Assembly: GCA_046313635.1 (NCBI GenBank)
Contig: JBKBYA010000001.1
Coordinates: forward strand, 958,679 to 1,022,678
Source of the DNA: Pyrinomonadaceae bacterium
GTDB lineage: Bacteria > Acidobacteriota > Blastocatellia > Pyrinomonadales > Pyrinomonadaceae
DNA: 64,000 bases
Direction: 5' to 3'
In this document: positions 18,471 to 29,203 of the stretch, piece after piece
Numbering within the stretch: the first letter of the stretch is position 1
How the letters are laid out: each line of letters starts with the position of its first letter
Notes under the pieces: model-generated
Told to the model about the DNA's origin: nothing
What the model saw: only the letters and a program-made list of their open reading frames with translations
Databases searched by the model: none
Position numbers and translations under genes: made by a program

Positions 18471-19682
18471 ATGGACTTCGATTATTCGGCAAAAACCGTC
18501 GATCTGCAAAAGCGTCTGTCGGCCTTTATGGACAAGCACGTTTATCCCAATGAGGCACGTTATCAAGAGGAGATCAGCGGCGGTGACCGTTGGCAGCCGC
18601 TCGAGCTGATCGAGGAGCTAAAGCGCCGGGCGCGGGACGCCGGCCTATGGAATCTGTTCCTGCCGTCGATCTCGGGATTATCGAATGTCGAGTACGCGCC
18701 GCTGGCCGAGACGATGGGCCGCGTGGTGTGGGCTTCGGAGGTCTTTAACTGCTCGGCTCCGGACACCGGCAATATGGAAGTGCTCGAAAAGTACGGCACA
18801 CCCGAGCAGAAAGAGAAGTGGCTGCGGCCGCTGCTCGACGGCGAGATACGATCGTGCTTTGCGATGACCGAGCCGGATGTCGCGTCGTCGGATGCGACGA
18901 ACATTCGCGCTTCGATCCGCCGCGACGGGGATTACTACATTCTCAACGGCCGCAAATGGTGGTCGACCGGCGCGGGCGACCGGCGTTGCAAGGTCGCGAT
19001 ATTTATGGGCAAAACGGACGAGTCCGCGCCAAAGCATTTGCAGCAGTCGATGATACTCGTGCCGATGGACGCAGACGGCATGACCCTCGAGCGGATGCTC
19101 AATGTCTTTGGTTACGACGACGCGCCGAATGGTCACGCCGAGATCACGTTTGAGAATGTCCGCGTGCCAAAAGAGAATCTCCTCCTCGGCGAAGGCCGCG
19201 GCTTTGAGATCGCGCAGGGAAGGCTCGGGCCCGGCCGCGTCCATCACTGCATGCGTCTGATCGGCGCTGCCGAACGCGCTCTCGAGGCGATGTGCGAACG
19301 TGCCAGCGGCCGCATCGCCTTTGGCCGGCCGATCGCCGAGCAGGGCGTCGTTCGCGGCTGGATCGCCGAATCGCGCGTCGCCATCGACCAGGCCCGACTG
19401 CTTGTGCTCAAGACAGCCCGGATGATGGACACGTCCGGCAGCAAGGCGGCCCGCAAAGAGATCGCGATGATCAAGGCCGTCGTGCCGCGTATGGCCGAGA
19501 GCGTGATCGACCGCGCGATCCAGGTGCACGGGGGCGGCGGCGTTTCTCAGGACTTTCCGCTCGCACAGGCCTGGGCCTACGCTCGCACGCTCCGCCTGGC
19601 CGACGGTCCCGACGAGGTTCACCTTGAAACGCTTGCCCGAATAGAGCTGAAACGCACCGCATCCGACGTCGCACGACCTTGA
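18471..19682 (+). CDS. Acyl-CoA dehydrogenase (ACAD10/11 / LvaC / FadE2-like)
   Basis: [63 protein letters not shown]. Confidence 0.93.
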   Translation: MDFDYSAKTVDLQKRLSAFMDKHVYPNEARYQEEISGGDRWQPLELIEELKRRARDAGLWNLFLPSISGLSNVEYAPLAETMGRVVWASEVFNCSAPDTGNMEVLEKYGTPEQKEKWLRPLLDGEIRSCFAMTEPDVASSDATNIRASIRRDGDYYILNGRKWWSTGAGDRRCKVAIFMGKTDESAPKHLQQSMILVPMDADGMTLERMLNVFGYDDAPNGHAEITFENVRVPKENLLLGEGRGFEIAQGRLGPGRVHHCMRLIGAAERALEAMCERASGRIAFGRPIAEQGVVRGWIAESRVAIDQARLLVLKTARMMDTSGSKAARKEIAMIKAVVPRMAESVIDRAIQVHGGGGVSQDFPLAQAWAYARTLRLADGPDEVHLETLARIELKRTASDVARP

Positions 19683-19762
19683 AACGCTTCAGATTGACCG
19701 AGCCCGGCCTTGCCATTTTGACCAGATCTATTTCAATTTGCGTTTAACAATGCAAAATTGTG

Positions 19763-19792
19763 TTGACACGAGTTGGCCCGCTGCTGTACTTT
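19763..19792 (+). promoter_or_regulatory. Possible sigma70 promoter of the pil operon
   Basis: TTGACA at 19763, 18-nt spacer, TACTTT. Confidence 0.4.
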
Positions 19793-20069
19793 GAATCAGT
19801 ACGATCGACTTTGACGATCGTCCACCCGTCGCCACCCGATGCGAAATTTCAATAGCAGGGCTCGTTCCTAGCCTGTAGAAAAAAATCTAAAACGAAATGG
19901 GTCTCAGGCACTGCCTTCAGTCGTCCTAGCAACTTCCGTCCCCGTATTCGCGGTCAATAGTCGGTGGCACAAGATCCTCAAAGTCCTGAGACCATTTCGC
20001 TTAGTTCCCATCCTCGCAAGCTGCACGTATCAAATAAAACAACCGCCCGATAGATAAGGAGTGATAAAC

Positions 20070-21119
20070 ATGCTGTTCGGTAAAAAGAAAAGCGTTGCCG
20101 GCCTGGACATCGGATCGAGCTCGGTCAAGATGGTCGAGCTGGACGGCCGCGGCAACAATCTCAGCCTGGTCGGTCTCGGCAGCGAGAATCTGCCGGCCGA
20201 CACGATCGTCGACGGACAGATCATGGAGATGACGGCCGTTTCAGACGTGATCCAGAATCTGTGTTCGAGTTATCAGATCAAAGCCGATCAGGTCGTTACC
20301 GGCGTCAGCGGGCACTCAGTGATCATCAAGAACATCGTGCTGCCGCCGATGAGCCGTGAGGAGCTCGAAGAGTCTATCGATTGGCACGCCGAAGAACATA
20401 TCCCGTTCGACCTCGCCGACGTCAGTCTCGACTATCATGTGACGGCCGAGACGCAGGATGCCACGCACGTCCTTATCGCCGCCTGCAAGCGCGAGCGGAT
20501 CGATAACATTCGCCAGGCGATACAGCTCTCGGGCCGCACGCCGGTCGTGATCGACGTCGATACGTTTGCTCTGCAGAACTGCTACGAGGCCAACTATCAG
20601 CCCGGCCCGAACGACTGCGTCACGCTGCTCAATATCGGCGCGTCGACGATGAACGTGAATATCGTCAAGGGCACGCGCTCGCTCTTTACTCGCGACATCA
20701 CGATCGGCGGCAGCCAGTTCACCGACGTGCTGCAGCGCAATCTGGGCGTCTCGTTCCAGCAGGCCGAGGCGATGAAGCGCGGCGCGGCGGTCGCCGGCGG
20801 CGCCGACGTCAAGGCGATCGAGCCGCTGATGCACAACGTTACCGAGCTGGTCGCGGGCGAGATACAGAAGACATTCGACTTTTACCGCGCGACGGCCGAC
20901 GACGGCGGTGCCGTTGTGAAAAAGATCCTTATTTCCGGCGGCGGTTCCAAGCTTCAGGGTTTTGCGGGCGAGCTGTCGTCGAGGCTCGAACTGCCGGTCG
21001 AGGTTCTCAACCCGTTTCGCAATATCCGCGTCGACGAGCGTAAGTTCGACCCCGAGTACCTGGCCGACATCATGCCCGAAATGGCCGTCGCCGTCGGTCT
21101 TGCGATGAGAGGAGTGTAA
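20070..21119 (+). CDS. pilM: Type IV pilus assembly protein PilM
   Basis: GLDIGSSSVKMVEL, HIPFD, NIGAST, ISGGGS, VAVGLAMR; AGGAG RBS. Confidence 0.95.
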   Translation: MLFGKKKSVAGLDIGSSSVKMVELDGRGNNLSLVGLGSENLPADTIVDGQIMEMTAVSDVIQNLCSSYQIKADQVVTGVSGHSVIIKNIVLPPMSREELEESIDWHAEEHIPFDLADVSLDYHVTAETQDATHVLIAACKRERIDNIRQAIQLSGRTPVVIDVDTFALQNCYEANYQPGPNDCVTLLNIGASTMNVNIVKGTRSLFTRDITIGGSQFTDVLQRNLGVSFQQAEAMKRGAAVAGGADVKAIEPLMHNVTELVAGEIQKTFDFYRATADDGGAVVKKILISGGGSKLQGFAGELSSRLELPVEVLNPFRNIRVDERKFDPEYLADIMPEMAVAVGLAMRGV

Positions 21120-21123
21120 CGAG

Positions 21124-21843
21124 ATGATCAAAGTCAACCTTTTGAATTCAGTAACCGACCGACAGGTCTCAGGGGCCGTCGTCGCCGTCGACCGCACGAT
21201 GTCGAGTTCGACGACGCGGCTGCTCGTGATGTCGGCTGCGGTCGCATTCCTGCTCGTCGCGGTCGTCGGCTGGGATGTCATCAGCAGCAGCCGGGCCAAG
21301 GCCAAGGCCGAGGCCGACCTGGTCGCGCAGCAGGAGATCGCCAAGACGCTCGAGGCCGTGATGAACGAGCAAAAAGAGCTCGAGGCCAAGATCGCCGGCG
21401 TCGAAGCGCGCATCGCCGCGATCAAAAAGCTCCGCGACGAACAGAAAGGTCCGAGCGCCGTGCTCGAGGCACTGCGTGAGCGCATCTCGATGGTCCCCGG
21501 ACTGTTTCTCGAGAGCGTCGAACAAAAGGGCGAGACCCTCGAGCTCAAGGGCAATTCGCCCGACGAGGCGCAGGTCACGCAGTTTGGCCGCAGCCTGGAG
21601 TTCTCTAACGGCCTCTTTGCAAATCTCAACATCGAGACCAAGCGCGAGGACGTGACCAACAACGCCGTCGCCGTCCAGGCAACGGCCTCCAATCCCGATG
21701 CGGGCAAGATCTCGGTCGTCAAATTTACGATCAAGTGCGCATATGCGCCGGCCAAGGGCAACGCTCCGCAGGGCACCAACCCGACAAACGCCTCGACACC
21801 GGCGCAGCCGCAGGCCGTACAGCCGCAGGCCGCAAAACAGTAG
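21124..21843 (+). CDS. pilN: Type IV pilus assembly protein PilN
   Basis: N-terminal KVNLL PilM-binding motif, TM helix, coiled coil; operon position. Confidence 0.88.
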   Translation: MIKVNLLNSVTDRQVSGAVVAVDRTMSSSTTRLLVMSAAVAFLLVAVVGWDVISSSRAKAKAEADLVAQQEIAKTLEAVMNEQKELEAKIAGVEARIAAIKKLRDEQKGPSAVLEALRERISMVPGLFLESVEQKGETLELKGNSPDEAQVTQFGRSLEFSNGLFANLNIETKREDVTNNAVAVQATASNPDAGKISVVKFTIKCAYAPAKGNAPQGTNPTNASTPAQPQAVQPQAAKQ

Positions 21844-21900
21844 CGACCGTTCAGGGCCCTCGGCCATCACCGTCAACCCAAGACGTAAAGGGAAACGACA

Positions 21901-22542
21901 ATGCTAGAGAAAATCAAGAATCTTAAATGGTACTTTCAGCTGATGATCCTCGTGGGCGTCGCGTCAGTGGTCTACTACGGCGTGTACACCTACGTGACCG
22001 GCCCGACCAGGCAGGAGACCGAGGAGATCAACGCCAAGGTCGCCGATCTGCAGGCGCAGAATGAGAAGGCCCGCGTCGCGACGCAGCGGATCAACGAGTT
22101 TCGAGCGTTGTACGCCACCAAGCAGCAGGAGTACGAGGAGCTCAAGGTCCTGCTGCCTGAGCAGCGCGAGATCACAAACGTACTGCAGGGCCTGCAGGAC
22201 ACGGCAAAGAGCAGCCGCCTGACGGTGATGAGGTTCAGCCCGCGTGACGACTCGGTCCAGAACGAGATCACGGCCAAACCGGTCGAGATCGAGGTCGACA
22301 GCAACTTTAACAGCCTGCGCGCCTTCTTTGACAGCATGGCAAAGCTGCCTCGGATCGTCTCGATCACCGACTTTAAGATCAATCAGCTCGACAAGCAGTC
22401 GGCGGACAAGACGCTCCACGCACAATTCCTGCTGACGGCCTACTACGCGACCCCGGAGAATCTGATCCCGAAGCAGCAGCCAAAGCCCGGCACGCCCGGC
22501 GCTCCGGCGGCCGCAGCTCCGGCCGCACCGGCCGCTAAGTAG
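21901..22542 (+). CDS. pilO: Type IV pilus assembly protein PilO
   Basis: TM helix, coiled coil, LLPEQREI, KLPRIVSI; operon position. Confidence 0.9.
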   Translation: MLEKIKNLKWYFQLMILVGVASVVYYGVYTYVTGPTRQETEEINAKVADLQAQNEKARVATQRINEFRALYATKQQEYEELKVLLPEQREITNVLQGLQDTAKSSRLTVMRFSPRDDSVQNEITAKPVEIEVDSNFNSLRAFFDSMAKLPRIVSITDFKINQLDKQSADKTLHAQFLLTAYYATPENLIPKQQPKPGTPGAPAAAAPAAPAAK

Positions 22543-22584
22543 TTCGGAGATCCATTTGCGCCTGACCATAGAGAGATCACAGCC

Positions 22585-23328
22585 ATGACCATCAAATCCA
22601 AAGTCAAAAAGATCGTTAGTATCGCGTTCGCCGCCGCCGCGGTCACCGCTGCCGCGGGGACGGCTTCCGAGGCCGCGGCCCAATCGCGAGACCCGTTTGC
22701 CAAGCCGGCCTACGCACGTCCGCGTCCGGTCGGCGGGCCGGTGAAGATCGGCAAAGACGGCAAGCCGCTCCCGGACAACGCGGTCTATATGGTCCCGCCG
22801 ATCGAACAGCGAATAGAGTTTTACAAGCGTATGCGCGAGCAGGCGGCCGCGAGCGGTCAGCCGATCCCGAAGGTCACGAGCGTGCTGACGCTCGACGAAA
22901 TGGCCGTGATCGGCATCTTTCGCACGCCGCGCGGTTACGCCGCGATGGTCGAGGCGACGCCGATCAAGCTCTCGTACACGATCTATCCGGGCGAAAAGTT
23001 CTTTGACGGTCAGCTCGTAGCGGTCGAGGAGAATCAGCTTGTGTTTCGCAAGGTGACCAAGACCGGGCCCGGCAAGTTCCTCGCTTCGGTCGAGAACAAA
23101 CAGCTTCGCAAGTACACGACGCAGCAGCAGCTGCAGGGCACGGCGCCGAGCCAGCAGACGGCCGAGCAGCCGTCTCAGCCCGCCGGCCAGCCCAGCATGG
23201 TCAAGACGTCGGCACCGGCGGTCATCGTTTCGCCGCTTGACGAGATGAACAGCAAGCCCGAGCAGCCTGCCGACAAAAAGACCGACAAGACGGCCAAGCG
23301 TTCCAAGGTCGCGAGGTCTTTGTACTAG
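22585..23328 (+). CDS. PilP-like protein (divergent)
   Basis: Between pilO and pilQ; RDPF motif; LDEMAVIGI..AMVEA..PGEKFFDGQL beta-domain. No lipobox Cys. Confidence 0.6.
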   Translation: MTIKSKVKKIVSIAFAAAAVTAAAGTASEAAAQSRDPFAKPAYARPRPVGGPVKIGKDGKPLPDNAVYMVPPIEQRIEFYKRMREQAAASGQPIPKVTSVLTLDEMAVIGIFRTPRGYAAMVEATPIKLSYTIYPGEKFFDGQLVAVEENQLVFRKVTKTGPGKFLASVENKQLRKYTTQQQLQGTAPSQQTAEQPSQPAGQPSMVKTSAPAVIVSPLDEMNSKPEQPADKKTDKTAKRSKVARSLY

Positions 23329-23424
23329 ATCGACGTTTCGTCCCACCCTTCTCTCACTAATTTTCTAAGTTCAGTCAGCTCGGTCCTCGCTGCAGAGCGG
23401 GACCAAACTTGTAACGGAGGAAAC

Positions 23425-25113
23425 ATGAATTCTCTTCAATCCATTCGCGACAACTGCCGCTCGGCCCTAGTCGCAATCTTCCTGATCGGAGCACTCGGAA
23501 TCGTCGCCGCGGCCCAGAATGTAGGCAATCAGTCGCAGGGCAAGATGTACGGCGACCCGGGCTTCCGCGGCGAGCCGATCAATCTCAAGGTGGTGAACGC
23601 CGACGTTCGCGACATCCTGAATTACATCACCGAGCAGTACGGCATCAATTTTGTGATCGACAGCTCGGTCAAGGACGTGCCCGTGACGGTCAATGTCAAC
23701 GACGTTCCGTGGAATATCGCACTCGACTCGGTGCTGCGTGCACAGGGACTCGGCATACAGGTGAATGGGAACATTCTCCGTGTCGCAGACGCCAAGGTGC
23801 TGGCCGCCGAGGGCGCGATCCTTCGCAGCCAGCGTGACACTCAGCTCGACACGCAGCCGCTCTATACCGAATTCATCCGTCTCAACTACGCACAGGCCAA
23901 GGGCGGCTACGTCCGCGGCAGCGAGACGGCCGGCACGACGGTCGAAGGGCCCGTCGTCGGAACGTCTGTCAACCCTTATGCTCCGGCGGCCGTGAGCGGC
24001 CCGTCGGCAGGCGCGGGTGCCTCGGCCGGCGCGGGCGGCGACGATAGTTTGCTGCCGATCATCCAGCGACGCCTCTCGCGCCGCGGCTCGATCGAGGTCG
24101 ACGCGCGTTCAAATTCTCTGATCATCACCGACGTCCGCGAGAATATCGACGCCATCAAGCAGCTCGTCTCGATCCTCGATCAGCCCGAGCCCCAGGTTGA
24201 GATCGAAGCGCGGATCGTCGTCGCGACACGCAATTTCAGCCGCGATATCGGCATTCAGCTTGCGGCCTTCCTGTCCGGCCCGCGTGGCAGCGGGGCGCAG
24301 GGCGGAACGCTTCCGACAGCGGACACCGGCGGTGTGAACGCACCTCCGGGACTGCCGCTCAACAATCCGCGTAACGACCTCTTTTCGACGATCCCGAATA
24401 CGGTCATCGGTCTGACGACGGGCGTCTTCGGCACGGCACAGCTGAGCGCTCTTATCTCGGCGGGCGAGCAGAAGGGACAGGCCAAGATCATCGCCACGCC
24501 GCGTGTGACGGCCCTCAACCTGCAGGAGGCGCAGATCAAGAATTCGACCAAGATACCGATCACCACGATCCAGCTCGGCTCGGGCACCGGCGGTGCACCC
24601 GTCGCGACCGTGCAGTACGTCGACGTTCCGCTGAGCCTTAAGATCCGTCCGCAGATCACGGATGTCGGCACGATCGTGCTCGACGTCACCGCCGAGAACG
24701 CCTCGACCGCTACGGTCGTCGGCGGCGCGGCTCCGGCCATCAACAGTCAGAGCATGTCGACCAAGGTGACCGTGCCCGACGGCGGAACGACCGTTGTCGG
24801 CGGCGTGCTCTTTGACGACGAACGCGAAAATCAGGACCGCACGCCCGGCGTGTCAAAGATCCCGATCTTCGGAAATCTCTTCAAGCGTAAAGGCGTGCAG
24901 AGAAACACGAACGAGATCCTCTTCTTCATCACGCCGCGCATCGCCAAGCCGCTGGCCGACACCTCGGGCGGACAGTCCGGTGTGAGGACGTCGGCAACAC
25001 TGCCGCAGCCGGTACCGCTCGGCAATCCGCCGTCCAACTCGGAGCCGAAGTCACCCGTGAGCTCGCCGGTCTCTTCGGATCCGGCCGCCACGCCGACCAA
25101 GCCGCAGCAGTGA
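23425..25113 (+). CDS. pilQ: Type IV pilus secretin PilQ
   Basis: GEPINL..ADVRDIL, VPWNIALD, DARSNSLII, PQVEIEARIV, PGVSKIPIFGNLFK, FFITPRI. Confidence 0.93.
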   Translation: MNSLQSIRDNCRSALVAIFLIGALGIVAAAQNVGNQSQGKMYGDPGFRGEPINLKVVNADVRDILNYITEQYGINFVIDSSVKDVPVTVNVNDVPWNIALDSVLRAQGLGIQVNGNILRVADAKVLAAEGAILRSQRDTQLDTQPLYTEFIRLNYAQAKGGYVRGSETAGTTVEGPVVGTSVNPYAPAAVSGPSAGAGASAGAGGDDSLLPIIQRRLSRRGSIEVDARSNSLIITDVRENIDAIKQLVSILDQPEPQVEIEARIVVATRNFSRDIGIQLAAFLSGPRGSGAQGGTLPTADTGGVNAPPGLPLNNPRNDLFSTIPNTVIGLTTGVFGTAQLSALISAGEQKGQAKIIATPRVTALNLQEAQIKNSTKIPITTIQLGSGTGGAPVATVQYVDVPLSLKIRPQITDVGTIVLDVTAENASTATVVGGAAPAINSQSMSTKVTVPDGGTTVVGGVLFDDERENQDRTPGVSKIPIFGNLFKRKGVQRNTNEILFFITPRIAKPLADTSGGQSGVRTSATLPQPVPLGNPPSNSEPKSPVSSPVSSDPAATPTKPQQ

Positions 25114-25341
25114 CCCGACGCGATCGCCTGTCTCGGGACAGGGCGGCGATCGCACTGCAAAAGGGTCGAGGACCGCAAAAGCGGGCCAAGACCAAAAAAA
25201 CTGAGAACACGTTTCCTCTCTTTCCCGCCGGATCGGCTTTATGCCTCCGGCGGGCGTTTTTGCGCCGGTGAGCGCGCTCATCGTTTGATCGCGGTCACAG
25301 CGGCCGCTCGATCCAGACCGAATGCAGGCGGCGTACGGCCG

Positions 25342-26976
<1,635 letters not shown>

Positions 26977-27001
26977 AGAGGTTTGCTCCCGTCGGTGATG
27001 T

Positions 27002-27043
27002 GAAAAGAACAATGCGGCCCGACGGTTGGTCGAGGCCGCATTG
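27002..27043 (-). terminator. Intrinsic terminator between the monoheme and multiheme cytochrome genes
   Basis: Minus strand CAATGCGGCC-N14-GGCCGCATTG followed by TTCTTTT. Confidence 0.6.
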
Positions 27044-27105
27044 AACACAAGGAGGAACCGGCGCTGACATCAGCTCCCGCTCGCGCCCTCAGCGGGTGTG
27101 AAAGA

Positions 27106-27438
27106 TCAATTCGCCGCGGCCCGGATCGTGCTCATATAAGCCGCGAGCTGTTTTGCGACCTCTTCGGTAACACCCTTGTCTTTGTAAGCCGGCATAAAGG
27201 GCGGCTTCTCGCCCTTCTTGCCGTCGAGGATCGCTTTGACGTGGTCGGCCTCGGGTGCCGTCGCGTTAAAATGCTTCTCCGCCTTTTGGCCGTGGCACAT
27301 CGCGCACTTTGCCTTGTAGATGGCGGCCGGATCGTCCGGGGCCGCTTGTGCGGCCGGTGCCTGCGGCCTCGAGCCAAAGGCCGCCGCGGCGCCGGCAATA
27401 ATTACGATAAATGCGGTCAATTTCACCCTGTAGATCAT
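27106..27438 (-). CDS. Small monoheme class I cytochrome c
   Basis: GGAG RBS, signal peptide, IYKAKCAMCHG, distal Met in FMPAY. Confidence 0.88.
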   Translation of the reverse strand: MIYRVKLTAFIVIIAGAAAAFGSRPQAPAAQAAPDDPAAIYKAKCAMCHGQKAEKHFNATAPEADHVKAILDGKKGEKPPFMPAYKDKGVTEEVAKQLAAYMSTIRAAAN

Positions 27439-27655
27439 CTTCTTTTCTCCTAATGGATCGATGGGGCCGGCAATCCCGCCGTTAGCGACACTGCCCGCAA
27501 ACACCTCTCGCAACGCGTATGCCAGCGCGTCCATTCGCTTGAAACCGCCTTTTTCAAGGGATCTTGATCTGCTCGCGACAAGTGCGGCCGGGAACTGCAA
27601 GTAAATCTCCGCGTCGGCCGCGTGAAAATCAGCGGCCGCCCTTCGCGACCCGCCG

Positions 27656-28855
27656 TCACTGGCCGCCTGCAGCCTTGATCGCGTCGAAGTGAGATCGCGG
27701 AATGGCGAGCTTGCCGTAGGTCACGTGGCATTTTGTACATTCGAATTTCGGGTCCTTCGTTCGCGCGTCCACTTCGAAGTTGATCGCCCCGCCGTCGTCG
27801 AGCGTCGCCGTCGCATGACAGACGGCGCAGGACGCGATCTCGACCCTGCGCGAACGCGGGTCGGCGGTATTCATCGTCGCGACGCCGGTGTGACAGGTCG
27901 CGCACGACGTATCGGCGTGGCTCATGAATTCGTGACGAAACGCTCCCGCCGACACGCGCTCTCGCCAGCGATCGAGCGACGGCTTGTCGCCGCGCGTCAT
28001 CGCGAGCGCGAGCTTTAGATCAAAGTCGGGCGCGAAGGCGGCCTTCAGCTTATGACAGGTCGCACAGTCGGTCGGTGCCGGCGTGAGACCGCTGTCGGCC
28101 GAATGGCAAGTGAAGCACGACGCGTGTCCCGCGGGGACGCTCTTGAAAGTTCCTCGCTTGAGCCAAAACTTGTCGCCGAGGTTCGGCGGAGGCTTGACCA
28201 GATACTCCTCCGAGCCCTCGCCCTGCGGGTCGAGGGTCGAGTGGCAGACGGCGCAGCTCTCCTCGGCCGGCGACCACCGAGGCGACGCGAGCGAGACTTT
28301 GACAAACCCGTCCGATCTCGCCGATGCGGCCGAGACGATGTCGAGGTGCTTCTCGTGAGGGAAATGCACGGAGAAGTCCGAGACGGCCGTTTTACCCTTC
28401 GGCGAACGGTCAAAGATCTCGGGCGGATTAGGGAACGGATGTCGATCGGCCTTTCGCGGCCCGGGGTCGGTGTGGCAGACCGTGCAGATCCGAGGCGGAT
28501 CGCCGCGAAAGAATTGCGCCTTATGACAGCCGACGCACGACTGGTGCCGAGGATGATCTGTGATGTCGGGGAAAGGCTCGGAACGCACCCGTTCCCAGTT
28601 TGGCGAAGGGAACTTGTGACAGCTAGCGCAGTCCATGCGGTGTGCGGCCGTGCCGTGCGCAAAGTCGGCAGGCTTTTGTCCGCTCGGAGACGTACGGCGA
28701 GCTCGCCGCGGCGTCGCCGCCGGGTCGCCGCCGGTGCCGGCCTCGCCCGAGACGATCGACCGGCGCGAGACGATCGCTCCCGCGACGACGAGGCCGCACG
28801 CAGCTATGATCACGAAGATGCGGACCGCCAGGAGCTTTCGTCGTCCAACTCTCAT
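27656..28855 (-). CDS. Periplasmic multiheme cytochrome c (c3/c7-like repeats), 9 CxxCH
   Basis: Signal/anchor sequence; CASCH, CVGCH, CTVCH, CAVCH, CFTCH, CATCH, CATCH, CAVCH, CTKCH; FxHxxH distal-ligand motifs. Confidence 0.88.
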   Translation of the reverse strand: MRVGRRKLLAVRIFVIIAACGLVVAGAIVSRRSIVSGEAGTGGDPAATPRRARRTSPSGQKPADFAHGTAAHRMDCASCHKFPSPNWERVRSEPFPDITDHPRHQSCVGCHKAQFFRGDPPRICTVCHTDPGPRKADRHPFPNPPEIFDRSPKGKTAVSDFSVHFPHEKHLDIVSAASARSDGFVKVSLASPRWSPAEESCAVCHSTLDPQGEGSEEYLVKPPPNLGDKFWLKRGTFKSVPAGHASCFTCHSADSGLTPAPTDCATCHKLKAAFAPDFDLKLALAMTRGDKPSLDRWRERVSAGAFRHEFMSHADTSCATCHTGVATMNTADPRSRRVEIASCAVCHATATLDDGGAINFEVDARTKDPKFECTKCHVTYGKLAIPRSHFDAIKAAGGQ

Positions 28856-28938
28856 TCACCTATTCGATCGGCCGCTCGTCCCCGGAAGGGAGCGCTGCGG
28901 CCCACCGTCCAAAGCGTAGTCGTCCCGCGGCGACGGTC

Positions 28939-28958
28939 GCTGTGACCCTTGTCACAGC
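28939..28958. promoter_or_regulatory. Palindromic operator matching TGTGA-N6-TCACA (CRP/FNR-family or Rex-type)
   Basis: GCTGTGAC-CCTT-GTCACAGC in the divergent cytochrome/resB intergenic region. Confidence 0.6.
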
Positions 28959-29203
28959 ATATTCGCCGCCGTGCGGTTCGAGTGCGTCCGATCGCGAAAT
29001 ACTCCGCGGCCCGTAACAAAAATTCACGCCCCTCACGCTCGGCCCCGCTGGTGAGCGGAGCGGCCGGCCGTTCGCTTTACAAGGTAATTCGGCCGCTTTT
29101 GTGATCTTGCACGTGCCGCCGCTGCCGGAACGGCACTTGCCCTTCAACGTCGGAGACACGCGGGCCCACATCCCCGATCTCGCTTACGAGAAACACTGAG
29201 AAT

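Noticed and set aside
19800..20060. c-di-GMP-I riboswitch, tRNA or 6S RNA upstream of pilM
   Set aside because: No GEMM GAAA/GCAAA architecture or cloverleaf recognised. Kept only as an unassigned stem.
20316..23346. Long antisense ORFs over the pil genes (and similar ones across the window)
   Set aside because: Shadow ORFs expected from GC-rich codon bias; no recognisable motifs.
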